Assembly (NCBI RefSeq): GCF_025612915.1 | Contig: NC_069115.1 | Location: 25,727,757-25,791,756 of the forward strand | Length of the DNA stretch: 64,000 nucleotides | Source: Crassostrea angulata | Taxonomy: Eukaryota | Direction: 5' to 3' | Shown here: piece after piece, positions 25,244 through 36,466 of the stretch | How positions within the stretch are numbered: the first letter of the stretch is position 1 | How the letters are laid out: the number at the start of each line of letters is the position of its first letter | Translations under genes and position numbers: made by a program | Notes under the pieces: model-generated | Told to the model about the DNA's origin: nothing | The model's database searches: none | What the model saw: the letters and a program-made list of their open reading frames with translations, nothing else

Positions 25244-26640
25244 AGCTTAAGGGGATTCAAAGCTGTAAAAAATTAAGAACCATGCCCTTTTGCAAAGGGA
25301 GATAATTAGGAATTTATGAAAATTTTCGAGAAATTTTCAAAAATCTTCTTCCCACGAACCATAAGACCAGGAAAGCTGAAACTTGTGTGAAAGCATCCTC
25401 AGGTAGTGTAGATTCAAACTTGTGAAAATCATGACCCCCGGGGGAAGGGTGGGGCCACAATGGGGGGTCGAAGTTTTACATATGAATATACAGAGTAAAT
25501 CTTTAAAAATCTTCTTCTCAGAAACTAATCAGCCAGGAAAGCTGACACTTGTGTGGAAGCATCCTCAGGTAGTGTAGATTCAAAGTTGTGAAAATCATGA
25601 CCCCCGGGGGTAGGGTGGGGCCACAATGGGGGGTCAAAGTTTAACAAAGGAATATATAGAATAAATCTTTAAAAATCTTCTTCTCAGAAACTAATCAGCC
25701 AGGAAAGCTGAAACTTGTATGGAAGTATCTCAGGTAGTGTAGATTCAAAGTTGTGAAAATCATGACCCCTGGGGGAAGGGAGGAGCCACAATGAGGGGGG
25801 GGGGGGGTCGAAGTTTAAAAAAGGAATATATAGAGTAAATTGTTAAAAAATCTTCTTCTCAGAAACTAATCAGCCAGGAAAGCTGAAACTTGTGTGGAAG
25901 CATCCTCAGGTAGTGTACTAGATTCAAAGTTGTGAAAATCATGACCCCTGGGGGTAGGGAGGAGCCACAATGAGGGGGGGGGGGTCGAAGTTTAAAAAAG
26001 GAATATATAGAGTAAATTGTTAAAAAATCTTCTTCTCAGAAACTAATCAGCCAGGAAAGCTGAAACTTGTGTGGAAGCATCCTCAGGTAGTGTACTAGAT
26101 TCAAAGTTGTGAAAATCATGACCTCCGGGGGTAGGGTAGGGTAGGGCACAATGGGGGGGGGGGTTGAAGTTTAACATAGGAATATATAGAGTAAACCTTT
26201 AAAAATCTTCTTCTCAGAAACTAATCAGCCAGGAAAGCTGAAACTAGTGTGGAAGCACCCTCAGGTAGTGTAGATTCAAAATTGTGAAAATCATAACCCC
26301 CCGGAGGTAGGGTTGGGCCACAATGGGGGGGGGGGGGGGGGTCAAAGTTTAACATGGGAATATATAAAGTAAATCTTTAAAAATCTTCTTCTCAGAAACT
26401 AATCAGCCAGGAAAGCTGAAACTTGTGTGGAAGCATCCTCAGGTAGTGTAGATTCATCAAAGTTGTGAAAATCATGACCCCTCTCAAAGTGAGTCTCCGG
26501 TCCTGAATTTTTTCCCAAAATAACTTAGCAGGTTACAATTTTGATCTCTCAAAACCTTTGATCCCTTGAAGTCAAACTGCAGTCCGGTTATTTATAATCT
26601 ATTGTTTTTTACTCTCGATACCTAGAAGTGGCTGTGTATA
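25085..26640. mobile_element. Satellite-carrying element with double-hairpin head (agctcacctgagct, agctcaatgtgagct), (GTCY)n and a 165-bp array
   Basis: head 25087-25250 recurs at 41864, 44381, 62190, 62380; tail 26490-26640. Confidence 0.6.
25335..26483. repeat. ~165-bp satellite, ~7 units
   Basis: monomer ...aaatcttcttctcagaaactaatcagccaggaaagctgaaacttgtgtggaagcatcctcaggtagtgtagattcaaagttgtgaaaatcatgacccccgggggtagggtggggccacaatggggggtcgaagttt... Confidence 0.9.
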
Positions 26641-27384
26641 TGCAAGCGTTACCTAATTTTAACACCTACTTCATCATTTAAATGGCTCAAGGCATTAGAC
26701 GGGTGACCCGTGAACGGGATGTTCATTCAGGTGACGCTTGTCCTGCAAGGTGGCAATTGTTCAATGATTGACCATAACCGTTGCATAAACAATAATTAAC
26801 ACCGACTGTCTTAAATGTAGATAAAATCTTATTTATTAAAAACAAGAGAGAGAGAGAGAGGGGGGGGGGGGGCAGAAATTAGTTAATGAGTTAAATAAGA
26901 GTCAGATTGAGGGGGAAACAGACAAGTTGAGTTTATGCATACGGTAGTGACCTCATAATAGTACATTGCGTAATATTGTCTTCATAAAATCAGTGGCATA
27001 TTTTCAACTCACCATATGCCAAAAAATAATACTTAACTAATTTTCAAGTACATGTTTATGCATGATTTGCGTAATACAATGTTGCTCTGCTTTGAATTTG
27101 TATTTCGTCTTTTGGATTTTTGAGATGGTTGACGGTTTGTTATTGTCATTTTTTAGGCGTCGAGCTAATGGTCGACAGCCTTCTAGTAATCGTCTGGATT
27201 GGCAATCGTCCAAATTCATGCTCTGCATCGCCTTTTAAATGCGCATAAGAAATAAGTTTGTGTACAAAAAAACCAGCTTTGCCTACCTGGTTATTGACAA
27301 CTCATTGCATAAGTATAAATTTGCTTAATCTAGAAATGGCGGATGAATACAATCAGGTGTAAAAATTCACTAAATATTATTTTA

Positions 27385-27495
27385 GTTTATCGCTTACATT
27401 TTAATTGGAGAGCGTGCCCGATAGAAATAAAATTTGCGACGTAAATTTATTTGTTATCGGGCACGGTCTCCAAAATAAATGTAAGCGATAAACGT
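27385..27495. repeat. Imperfect hairpin (~45-bp arms)
   Basis: tttatcgcttacattttaattggagagcgtgcccgatagaaataaa vs downstream tttatttgttatcgggcacggtctccaaaataaatgtaagcgataaa. Confidence 0.8.
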
Positions 27496-28976
27496 ATCTA
27501 GTGATTTTGTTGCTAAAAATAAACACGATTATGTAGTTGGTTTGGTCTAGCATTTTAAATAGCATGTGTTGTGGATTTGTTTGTAAACAACCGTACCATA
27601 GGGAATCTTGTTACAAACGGGAATTGAAATTAATAAAAGTATGTTTTATTATTATAATTAGGGACATATGCTGTTAATGTATTCAAATCATGAACCTGTG
27701 AAAATTGTTTAAAGAAAATAATTTATTTTTGAACTTTGAAATTTCTTCAAATTTTGTAACCATAATGAGTTATTGAATTATAAAAGCACCAATACCTATT
27801 TTAAAAGAAAATAAACTTATTCTTGTTTTTAAAGCAGCACAAAACATAATTCATATACTTCTCTATTCTATGTCTAAAATTATTTGATATACGACTATTA
27901 AATTAACAGAAATTCAAATTATTGATATCATTCTATATAAAAGAAAATGTCAGTTTGACGCCTTTGTGGCCGTTCCGGCCTTTGATTTCATTATTTTGTT
28001 TGGAGCTCTTGTACAATATGTACAAAATGCATGTAGCAATAGTTTTCTAGAAGTTTTTGTTAAAAACATTTCAAAAAAAATAATGATTTTTTCTTCTAAT
28101 AATACCTATATCTAAATTCTAACAATGATTAAAACAGCACTTTTTTCTTCTTTGTGGTTTAATCACAGATACAAAACACACACCTGTTACGGTGTCTTAC
28201 ACCATCGCGGTAAAATCGTGGCTCCGCGATCACCGCAAAGATAACACCGCAACGGTGTATCGCGGAAAAGATTAAAACACCATCACGGTGTCGCGGGAAA
28301 ATACGGGATCCGCGTTGGCCGTAGTGTACACATATATAATGAAAACAAAATGTAATCGCTTATCTGTTTGTTTACGTACATATGTACACTTCGCGTACGA
28401 TTTTAATATTTCTGATGCACAGGTAATTAAGTAACCTCGTTCTAAAGATGTTTGGTTTTTTGTATTAATTAGACATTTTCATTATTACATCATTTAATGA
28501 TTTGTTGATAAAATCATTGTAATGTCTTAAATTTTAAATTTTTTTTACTATAATTCCTGAACATAAATGGTATATGGTATAGGATAGAATAGAATAGGAT
28601 AGAGATTATTTGCAGGATACAGAATATAGGACACAATTGTTTTTTCAACTTTTATGATAGCAGCACTGTACATGAAGTTAATTTGTTATTTTTTCCTGAT
28701 TAGTACAAATTACAATGTAAGGATAACTCCCGAGGCACTTCAAATAAATCATTCATCTTGCGTTCACAAAGCATTCACATATCGTTCATCGTGCGTTCAC
28801 CATTCACCTTGTGCTCCCTTTGCTCTCTGCGTTAGCTCACCAAATTCCGTTCAGCATGCACTCAATGTTCGCTCACCGTTTGCTCAGCGTGCGCTTACCG
28901 TTCATTCACTGTTCAAGTGGGAAAGTAGAACGTTTCAGGGACTGTATGCAAGATGTGGTTAATGTTGTTTTTGTAG

Positions 28977-29071
28977 GTAGTTTCTCTGGAAAAGTGTGTT
29001 ACCTTAACACCAAATAATGGAATTGTCCTAAAAGCCTCTCAGACAATGCTCGACAGCCAGGGAGTGAAGAG
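28977..29071 (+). CDS. MVP: MVP exon; translation VVSLEKCVTLTPNNGIVLKASQTMLDSQGVK(R)
   Basis: acceptor ttgtttttgtag|, donor AG|gtattt; matches vertebrate ...VILTEKTALHLRARRNFRDFRGVSR. Confidence 0.85.
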
Positions 29072-29157
29072 GTATTTTTAGTGTACTTTTGAGGGGGGAA
29101 AAAATTCATTCAGAAAAAATGACATAATTGAATTTTCTGGGTTGTGTTGTGGTTTAG

Positions 29158-29224
29158 GATAGCTGGGGAGCAGTGGCTGCTGACTGGAGTGGAGACAGAT
29201 CATTATTTTCCAGAGATTGGTGTG
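29158..29224 (+). CDS. MVP: MVP exon; translation (R)IAGEQWLLTGVETDHYFPEIGV
   Basis: 86-bp intron; acceptor ggtttag|, donor GTG|gtgggt (the alternative |gtaatg gives an in-frame stop in the next exon); matches [24 protein letters not shown]. Confidence 0.8.
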
Positions 29225-29392
29225 GTGGGTAATGTAGTGAGCATGTGAAAGTCATATTATCATATTATCAAAAATTATGAACTTATTGTTTATTTTCATG
29301 TAAAGTGCTTTAATATGTACATAGTTTTGTGATGTTTGTGCATTATAACTGAAAGTAACAACAAGATTTTTTAAAGAGTTTTTGGCACACAG

Positions 29393-29534
29393 GAGGTGGT
29401 ATCAGAGGAGACTATTAAGGTCCTATGGAAAGGACAATACTGTGTAATTAAAGATGTAGTGGACAGGCATGGAAAACCACAGCTGGGAAAAAGAGAACTG
29501 AGAGTTGGGCCATGCAGTTTCTTCCTTCATCCAG
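29393..29534 (+). CDS. MVP: MVP exon; translation EVVSEETIKVLWKGQYCVIKDVVDRHGKPQLGKRELRVGPCSFFLHP(G)
   Basis: acceptor cacacag|, donor CCAG|gtaaga; matches [45 protein letters not shown]. Confidence 0.85.
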
Positions 29535-30179
29535 GTAAGAACACATCTTTGCCGGTGTGTGAATCTTATAGCTATATACTTTAAAAAGCAAATCTGTCTA
29601 ACATCTATTGTCATCATTAAAAAACCCAAGTCAGTGGCAAAAAAAGTAAATATTAGAACTTTTTTGATATATCTTTAATTTGTATACTCTCATAGAATAC
29701 CCTTTTCATCTCACATTTGCATTTATTTATAGAGATCGATGCTGTAAAAAACGCAAAAAAGTATCTTAGAGTCCAAAATCTGGTATCTGTCCTACAGAAG
29801 AATTCTAAATATAATAAAGAAAAAATTAAATTTTAGAAAAATATGTTTAATCGCCTTCAAAAGTTCTACAATTGTCCATAATAAGATGTGATTCTTTTTA
29901 TACCCCTCTTCAAAAAAGGGAGGGCATGTTGCTTTGATGCTGTCTGTCTCTCTGTCGGTTGGTCCACCAATGGTTTACATTCATTTTCTTCTTTGCAAAG
30001 ATTGCACATATTGAGATTTTGTATGCAGATTTTTTATAATAATATCTAGGTCAAGTTTGATTTTGGGTATGATTAAGCAATTTTCGACAGAGTTACAGTA
30101 CCGATCAGATCCAACCTAATAGAAAGTAAACCGGTGGTCACTCCCTAGGAACATTTTTCACAACATTTCCTTAACTTGT

Positions 30180-30237
30180 AGAATTATGTCTCCCCTTTCA
30201 AAGGGGAGACATATTGTTTTTGTCGACTTTCTTATTC

Positions 30238-30279
<42 letters not shown>

Positions 30280-32821
30280 CGTTCTGTTTCTTTTTCTTCG
30301 CTATTTTTCTTTTTTTTCCAACAAATTTTGTGCACGCGATTTCTCAAAAATGACTCAACCGATTTTCATCAAACTTTCAGATATGATAGATACGGATCTA
30401 AACTTTATACGTAATTTTTTATTTTGATGACGTCATTTCCGTTTTTGATATATTGACGTTTTAGCGATTTTCAGAGGGTCGGCTTGTCCTGGGATCTTCT
30501 CCTTAACGATTGAAGATATTGAGTTCAAACTTTCAGGGATTGTAGTCGAAAGATTGTAGATGTGTCTTTAGGTATTCATTTTTGTCTGACTCAAAAGGCG
30601 CTGAAGCTCGCCTGGACCCGAAAATTGAGATTAAAAAAACGTCGTTATTTTTTCTGGTTTTCTTTGTTTATCTCTTTTCTGAAAAATATTTTGTTAAGAC
30701 ATGTAATGTAAAAAACGTTTGTATTTACATGACCTTTTCTTTGAAATCAAGAAAAAGGGGCTGGCTCCTCAAATAAGGGGTCAAAAGGGCTCTAAAGTCT
30801 TTAATCTGTAGCTCTTTACTGAGAGATATTTTGTTAAATGTTATAGAAGCAGATATGTTTATCTCACAGTTATGTATCCATGCAATGTAATGATTTTGTC
30901 ATGTATTACATAACTAGGGGTTTTTAGGGGCCAAAAGTATAAAATTTTGATCACCCATATCTCAGAAAGGAAAAATATTTTGTAATGCAATACAGAAGAA
31001 AAGTTGTTCAAAATGATGTTCTTAACGATATGCAACCTTCAAAATTTCGTCGAACGGCCACTATAAGGGAATAAGGGATCGGCCCCTAAAACCTTCTTTC
31101 TCATATATCTCCAGAATGCTAACGAATTTCTAAACACTTGTTGAACAAAATATGTATAGAATTAGATGACCTTTCATATGATATCAAGAAAAAGGGGCTG
31201 GCCCCTTAAATAAGGGAACCAAAGGGCTCTAAAGTCTTTTACATATATCCTTTTACTCAGGGATATTTTGTGAAATGTTTTAGAAGCAAATATGTTTATC
31301 TTACATTTATGTATCTAAGTAATGTAAGGATTTTATCATGTGTTATGTAATTAGGGGTTTTTAGGGGCCAAAAGTCCGAAAATTTGATCACCCATATCTC
31401 AGAAAGGAAAAATATTTTGAAATGCAGTATAGAAGAAAAGTTGTTCAAAAATAATGTTCTTAACGAAATGCAACCTTCAAAATTTCGTCAAACGGCCCCT
31501 ATAAGGGGATAAGGGATCGGCCCCTAAAACCTTCTTTCTCATATATCTCCAGAATGCTAACGAATTTCTAAACACTTGTTGAACAAAATATGTATAGAAT
31601 TAGATGACCTTTCATATGATATCAAGAAAAAGGGGCTGGCCCCTTAAATAAGGGAACCAAAGGGCTCTAAAGTCTTTTACATATATCCTTTTACTCAGGG
31701 ATATTTTGTGAAATGTTATAGAAGCAAATATGTTTATCTTACATGTATGTATCTAAGTAATGTAAGGATTTTATCATGTGTTATGTAATTAGGGGTTTTT
31801 AGGGCCAAAAGTCCGAAAATTTGATCACCCATATCTCAGAAAGGAAAAATATTTTGAAATGCAGTATAGAAGAAAAGTTGTTCAAAAATAATGTTCTTAA
31901 CGAAATGCAACCTTCAAAATTTCGTCAAACGGCCCCTATAAGGGGATAAGGGATTGGCCCCTAAAACCTTCTTTCTCATATATCTCCAGAACATTAACGA
32001 ATTTCTAAACACTTGTTGAATAAAATTGTTTAGAATAAAATGACCTTTCAAATGATATCAAGAAAAAGGGGCTGGCCCCTTAAATAAGGAGACCAAAGGG
32101 CTCTAAAGTCTTTTATCTGTAGCCATTTACTGAGAGATATTTTGTGAAATGTTTTAGAAGCAAATATGATTACCTTACAGTTATGTATCCAAGAAATGTA
32201 AGGATTTTATCATGTGTTATGAAATTAGGGGTTTTTAGGGGCCAAAGGTCCCAAAATTTGATCAACCAGACCTCAGAAAGGAATTTTTTTTTAAAATGCA
32301 GTATAGAAGAAAAGTTGTTCAAAATAATGTTCTTAACGAAATGCAACCTTCAAAATTTCGTCAAACGGCCCCTATAAGGGGATAAAAGGATCGGCCCCTA
32401 AAACCTTCTTTCTCATATATCTCTAGAACGATACCGAATTTCTAAACACTTGTTGAACAAAATGTGTTTAGAATTAGATGACCTTTCAAATGATATCAAG
32501 AAAAAGGGGCTGGCCTCTTAAATTAGGGAACCAAAGGGCTCTAAAGTATTTTACCTATATCCTTTTACTCCGAGCCATTTTGTTAAAGGTTATTAAAGCT
32601 AGATTAGGTATAATACGTTAATATATCCTAACAACATAATGATTTTCTCATCTTTTCTATCTTAATTGGAAGAGTGCAAGTATTTAAAAAAGCAATGTCA
32701 GAGAACTTATAAAAAGAGATACCAAAAAAAAAAAAACATTAGTACTCCACTCCTTTTTTCATATCATGTTTTCTTGTCGAAAATCAAAGTCAATGACGTC
32801 ACATATCCTTATAATAATCGT

Positions 32822-32864
<43 letters not shown>

Positions 32865-32900
32865 CTTCTTCTTCTTCTTCTTCATCCAAATTTGTCCAGG
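30180..32900. mobile_element. Palindrome-terminated non-autonomous element carrying a 430-bp tandem array
   Basis: head hairpins tctcccctttcaaaggggaga and ggtcttccgtttccaacggaagacc (30185-30262); tail cggaagacctcctcgttgctcgcaacgag + (TCT)n (32815-32883). Confidence 0.5.
30700..32560. repeat. ~430-bp tandem repeat, ~4.3 units
   Basis: ...aaaaggggctggccccttaaataagggaaccaaagggctctaaagtctttt... recurs at ~30757, 31186, 31627, 32057, 32497. Confidence 0.9.
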
Positions 32901-32904
32901 CCGT

Positions 32905-33790
32905 AACTTAAATACCCTTTGACATTAAGACTTCAAACTTGGAACATAGGTAGATGGTATTGAGAAGGAGTGCACGCCACCAAACGTTTTAACCTTGACC
33001 TATTTTGTTCTTCAAGGTCAAGCTTTTCATAAAAAATATTGTTCGGACCATAACAAAAGACTCCTTTAACATACATACTTTTAACTTGTATCATAGATAG
33101 ATGGTATATAACCTAGTTGAACCTTACCAAAATTTTTGACCTTGACCTAGAATTTTTATTTCAAGGTCATATTAGAAAAAACTTCATTGTTCAACTCCTG
33201 AATATACTTTGACAGAAGGACTTCAAACTATAAACAAAGAACAATAATAATACACTTAGGTGTACTATTGAAAAATATATTTGACCTTGACCTTGTTTTA
33301 CTCAAGGTCAAATTAAGAAAAAATAATAAAATTTTGTATGGATCATAACTTTAATACCCTTTGACATTAAGACTTCAGACTTGGAACATAGGTAGATGGT
33401 AAAGAGAAAGAGTGCACCTCACCAAAAGTTTTGATCTTGACCTATTTGCTTTTAAAGGTCAGGCTTTTCACAAAAAATATTGTCCATACCATAACACAAG
33501 ACTCCTTTAACATAAAGACTTTTACCTTGTATCAAGGATAGATGGTATATAATCTAGTTGAACCTTACCAAAAATTTTGACCTTGACCTTAAATTTTTAT
33601 TTCAAGGTCAAATTAGAAAAAACTTCATTGTTCAACTCCTGAATATACTTTGACAGAAGGACTTCAAACTTTAAACAAAGAACAATAATAATACACTTAG
33701 GTGTACTATTGATTTATATATGACCTTGACCATATTTTACTCAAGGTCAAATTAAGAAAAAGATAATAAAATTTTGTCTGGGTCTGGGTA
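32905..33790. repeat. ~430-bp tandem repeat x2, rich in TGACCTTGACCT / AAGGTCA inverted half-sites
   Basis: 32905-33330 aligns with 33335-33770. Confidence 0.85.
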
Positions 33791-33990
33791 ACATATAGTT
33801 GACATCATTCTTTTTCAATTGTTAAATTTGCCCCATATAACAATCCTTGGGGAGAAGGGGAGACATGTGTTTTTTTGTAAAAAAAAACAATACCCACTAG
33901 TTCTACTCGTAAATTCGAGGACGAATTTCTATCAAGAGGGGGAGTATGTTAACGGGTTCACAGGTGTATGACTTTCAGTCAATATATCGG

Positions 33991-34063
33991 GTCTCAAAAG
34001 CTCAGTGGTTAGAGCGCTGGCACGGTACGTCAGAGGCCCTGGGTTCGAGTCCCTGTTGAGACT
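33991..34063 (+). tRNA. tRNA-like sequence (cloverleaf with anticodon GGU, C33); probable tRNA pseudogene or tRNA-derived SINE head
   Basis: acceptor GTCTCAA/TTGAGAC 7/7 bp; A box AGCTCAGTGG and B box GGTTCGAGTCC intact; anticodon stem CTGGC/GTCAG with one G-T; loop ACGGTAC has C where U33 is expected; T stem has one mismatch. Confidence 0.45.
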
Positions 34064-34221
34064 TGACTTTTCACCACCTATGACATATATATATATATAA
34101 AATATCATTTGATATTCAAGTACATGTATGCTTTCTCAATCTCAATTTGTATCACTTATTTTTCAATTATTTCATACTATGTACTTGTATTAGACATACT
34201 CATTTTATCCTTTTATTGAAG

Positions 34222-34326
34222 GAGAGACATTAGAGAATGGAGCTGTCCAGAAAGTTCACATTCTAGGAGAAGATGATGCCATTGTACTACAGGCAGAGGA
34301 AGAGTATAAGGACACCATGTTCAAAG
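34222..34326 (+). CDS. MVP: MVP exon; translation (G)ETLENGAVQKVHILGEDDAIVLQAEEEYKDTMFK(G)
   Basis: acceptor tattgaag|, donor AAAG|gtaata; matches [37 protein letters not shown]. Confidence 0.85.
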
Positions 34327-36466
34327 GTAATAAAATATTGATTTGCATTGGTACGGTCTTCAGGCAAAGAGAGCAATGTGCAACAAATGTTGTGCCGAAA
34401 TTTCAGATCTGCCACTGTTATGTGCAACTATTGACGTTTTTTGAGAACAAGTCATACAATGTTTCCCCTAGCATCGCTGTGAACAAAAAATGATGGCTAT
34501 TGTTTGGAATGAAATATGATAAGACAGTCGATGATTTTCAAAAAGTTTCTAGAGTTTAAAATAAAGGCAAAAGAGTGGTAAACTTCTGAGAGGTAAATTT
34601 TAGCCAAAATGGTGAATGTAGACAGTGAAGCGACGAGGCAAAAGTTTTGAACTCTTTGCATGGTGATTGTGAAGATGAAAATGATTTTGATGGATTTAAT
34701 TCTGCAGTACATATACTGTGGAATCATTAGATTTCGTGGTGGCTCAATTTTCGTGGAATTCGTGGGTACCTGTCATCCACGAATTAACATCCTCCACGAA
34801 TTATATATTAGGGTTATAAAGTCATATTTCGTTTTGTAGGTATAAGAAAATACACGAAATTACGTCCCCACGAACCTGTAAAATTTCAGCAATCTACGAA
34901 AATTGGCCCCCACGAAATCTGATGATTCCACAGTAACTTCAGAGATGTTAATTTATTGATTGATGTGCCTAAGATGGACTTTATGCCAAAAAATATTTTA
35001 TTTAAGTTTTGGTTTTAGGCAAGGACTCCATTGGTCTTATATATGTAGTTGTAAGAGGTGCTGAAAATCAAGTCTCAACCAAGACTCATTGGCATAGCCT
35101 TTGGCATACACTGCCAACCCTCTAACCAATGAGGTATAATTGAGGCATGATATGTTGACTGACATTTGTACCCGTTAACCTGGTGCCATATTCTTCGTTT
35201 TTACAGATATTTATACCCCTGCAAACGAAATTTAGGGGGGAACATTGGAATTGCCCTGTTCGTCTGTCTGTAGACACAATTTTTACCCCCCTCCCTTTAT
35301 AAACTATTAAACTTCTTCATGGAATTGTCTCAACATTTGTACATATGTTAACACTATCTGAAAATGTGCTCCTGCAAGTATTGTTCAGAAATCACACAAG
35401 ATTCAATGATTTTATGACAGTTTTCATTTTTCTTGTCCAATATATTGTACGCTAATGTTGAAAAGCAACCGAAGGGAGGTAATCCTATTCCTTAATAGCA
35501 AACACACTAAAAATGTTAGATCTGAAATAAATATATTTATAGAGGGTTTTTTTGTCCTTGCTTCATAACCAGATATATGTTTTATAAGTACCTGTATTTT
35601 ATTAACTTTCAATGCCAAATATTTGTTTGTCAACGATAAATTCTTAGGAGCTAATAAGAACATGAAAGACAAGTGTGGCTGAATTTATTTGTCCCAAGGG
35701 GGGCATTATTTGAGCCATAGTTTAGATGGAACATGTGTTTAGGGAAAATTAATAATTTGTCAAATCAGTAGTGTAGATTCAAAGTTCAAGTGGGGCCACA
35801 ATGGGGGAGTCGAAGTTTTACATAGGAATATATAGACTAAATCTTTGTTTTAGTGCATGTTTCTTCTGTTTAATTGTTTACAATTTCTATTTGCTAACCA
35901 TATTTGGGTGTTACATTTCAAATTATAAGCAAGATACAAAGCTTTATACACAGTTATGAGACCATTTTTTGGTTTACATTTTAAATGCTGAATAGGAAAT
36001 ACCAAGTTAAAAATCTAGCAAAATTGTGAGCTCTAGCTGTATCTTGCTTATAATTCTACGATTGACGTTAATTAAAAGATTTTGGTTGTCAATGATCATT
36101 AGAAATGTCTCGCTAAATGTTAAATACTTCTACAAAAAAAGTAAAAGATGATATGCTGTAACAACTCTCTTTACAGGATGAATTATATGTATTCCACATT
36201 AATTTTCATAGTTTTTCAGACACAAGTAAATAAAAACAACACCGTAAGAACAGTTTCCATAGTTTTGTTACGGGGATAAAGGCATAAGACTGTTCCTGAG
36301 AAAATATTACAGTGTAAATGTAGTAGTATTTTCTTTGTATGATAGCAAGGAAAACGCCACGTCTTAGGTTCTTTATATTTATTATAATTATTTCATTATG
36401 AACCCTGTAAAAAGGTTAACAATAGCAATTTTAGCATACATTATAACAACAAACATATTATATTTA

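Noticed and set aside
25335-26483. Regularly spaced direct repeats that might be taken for a CRISPR array
   Set aside because: Units are ~165 bp with no unique spacers; the sequence is eukaryotic satellite carried by a transposon-like head. The same applies to 42100-42960, 49870-52330 and 729-1330.
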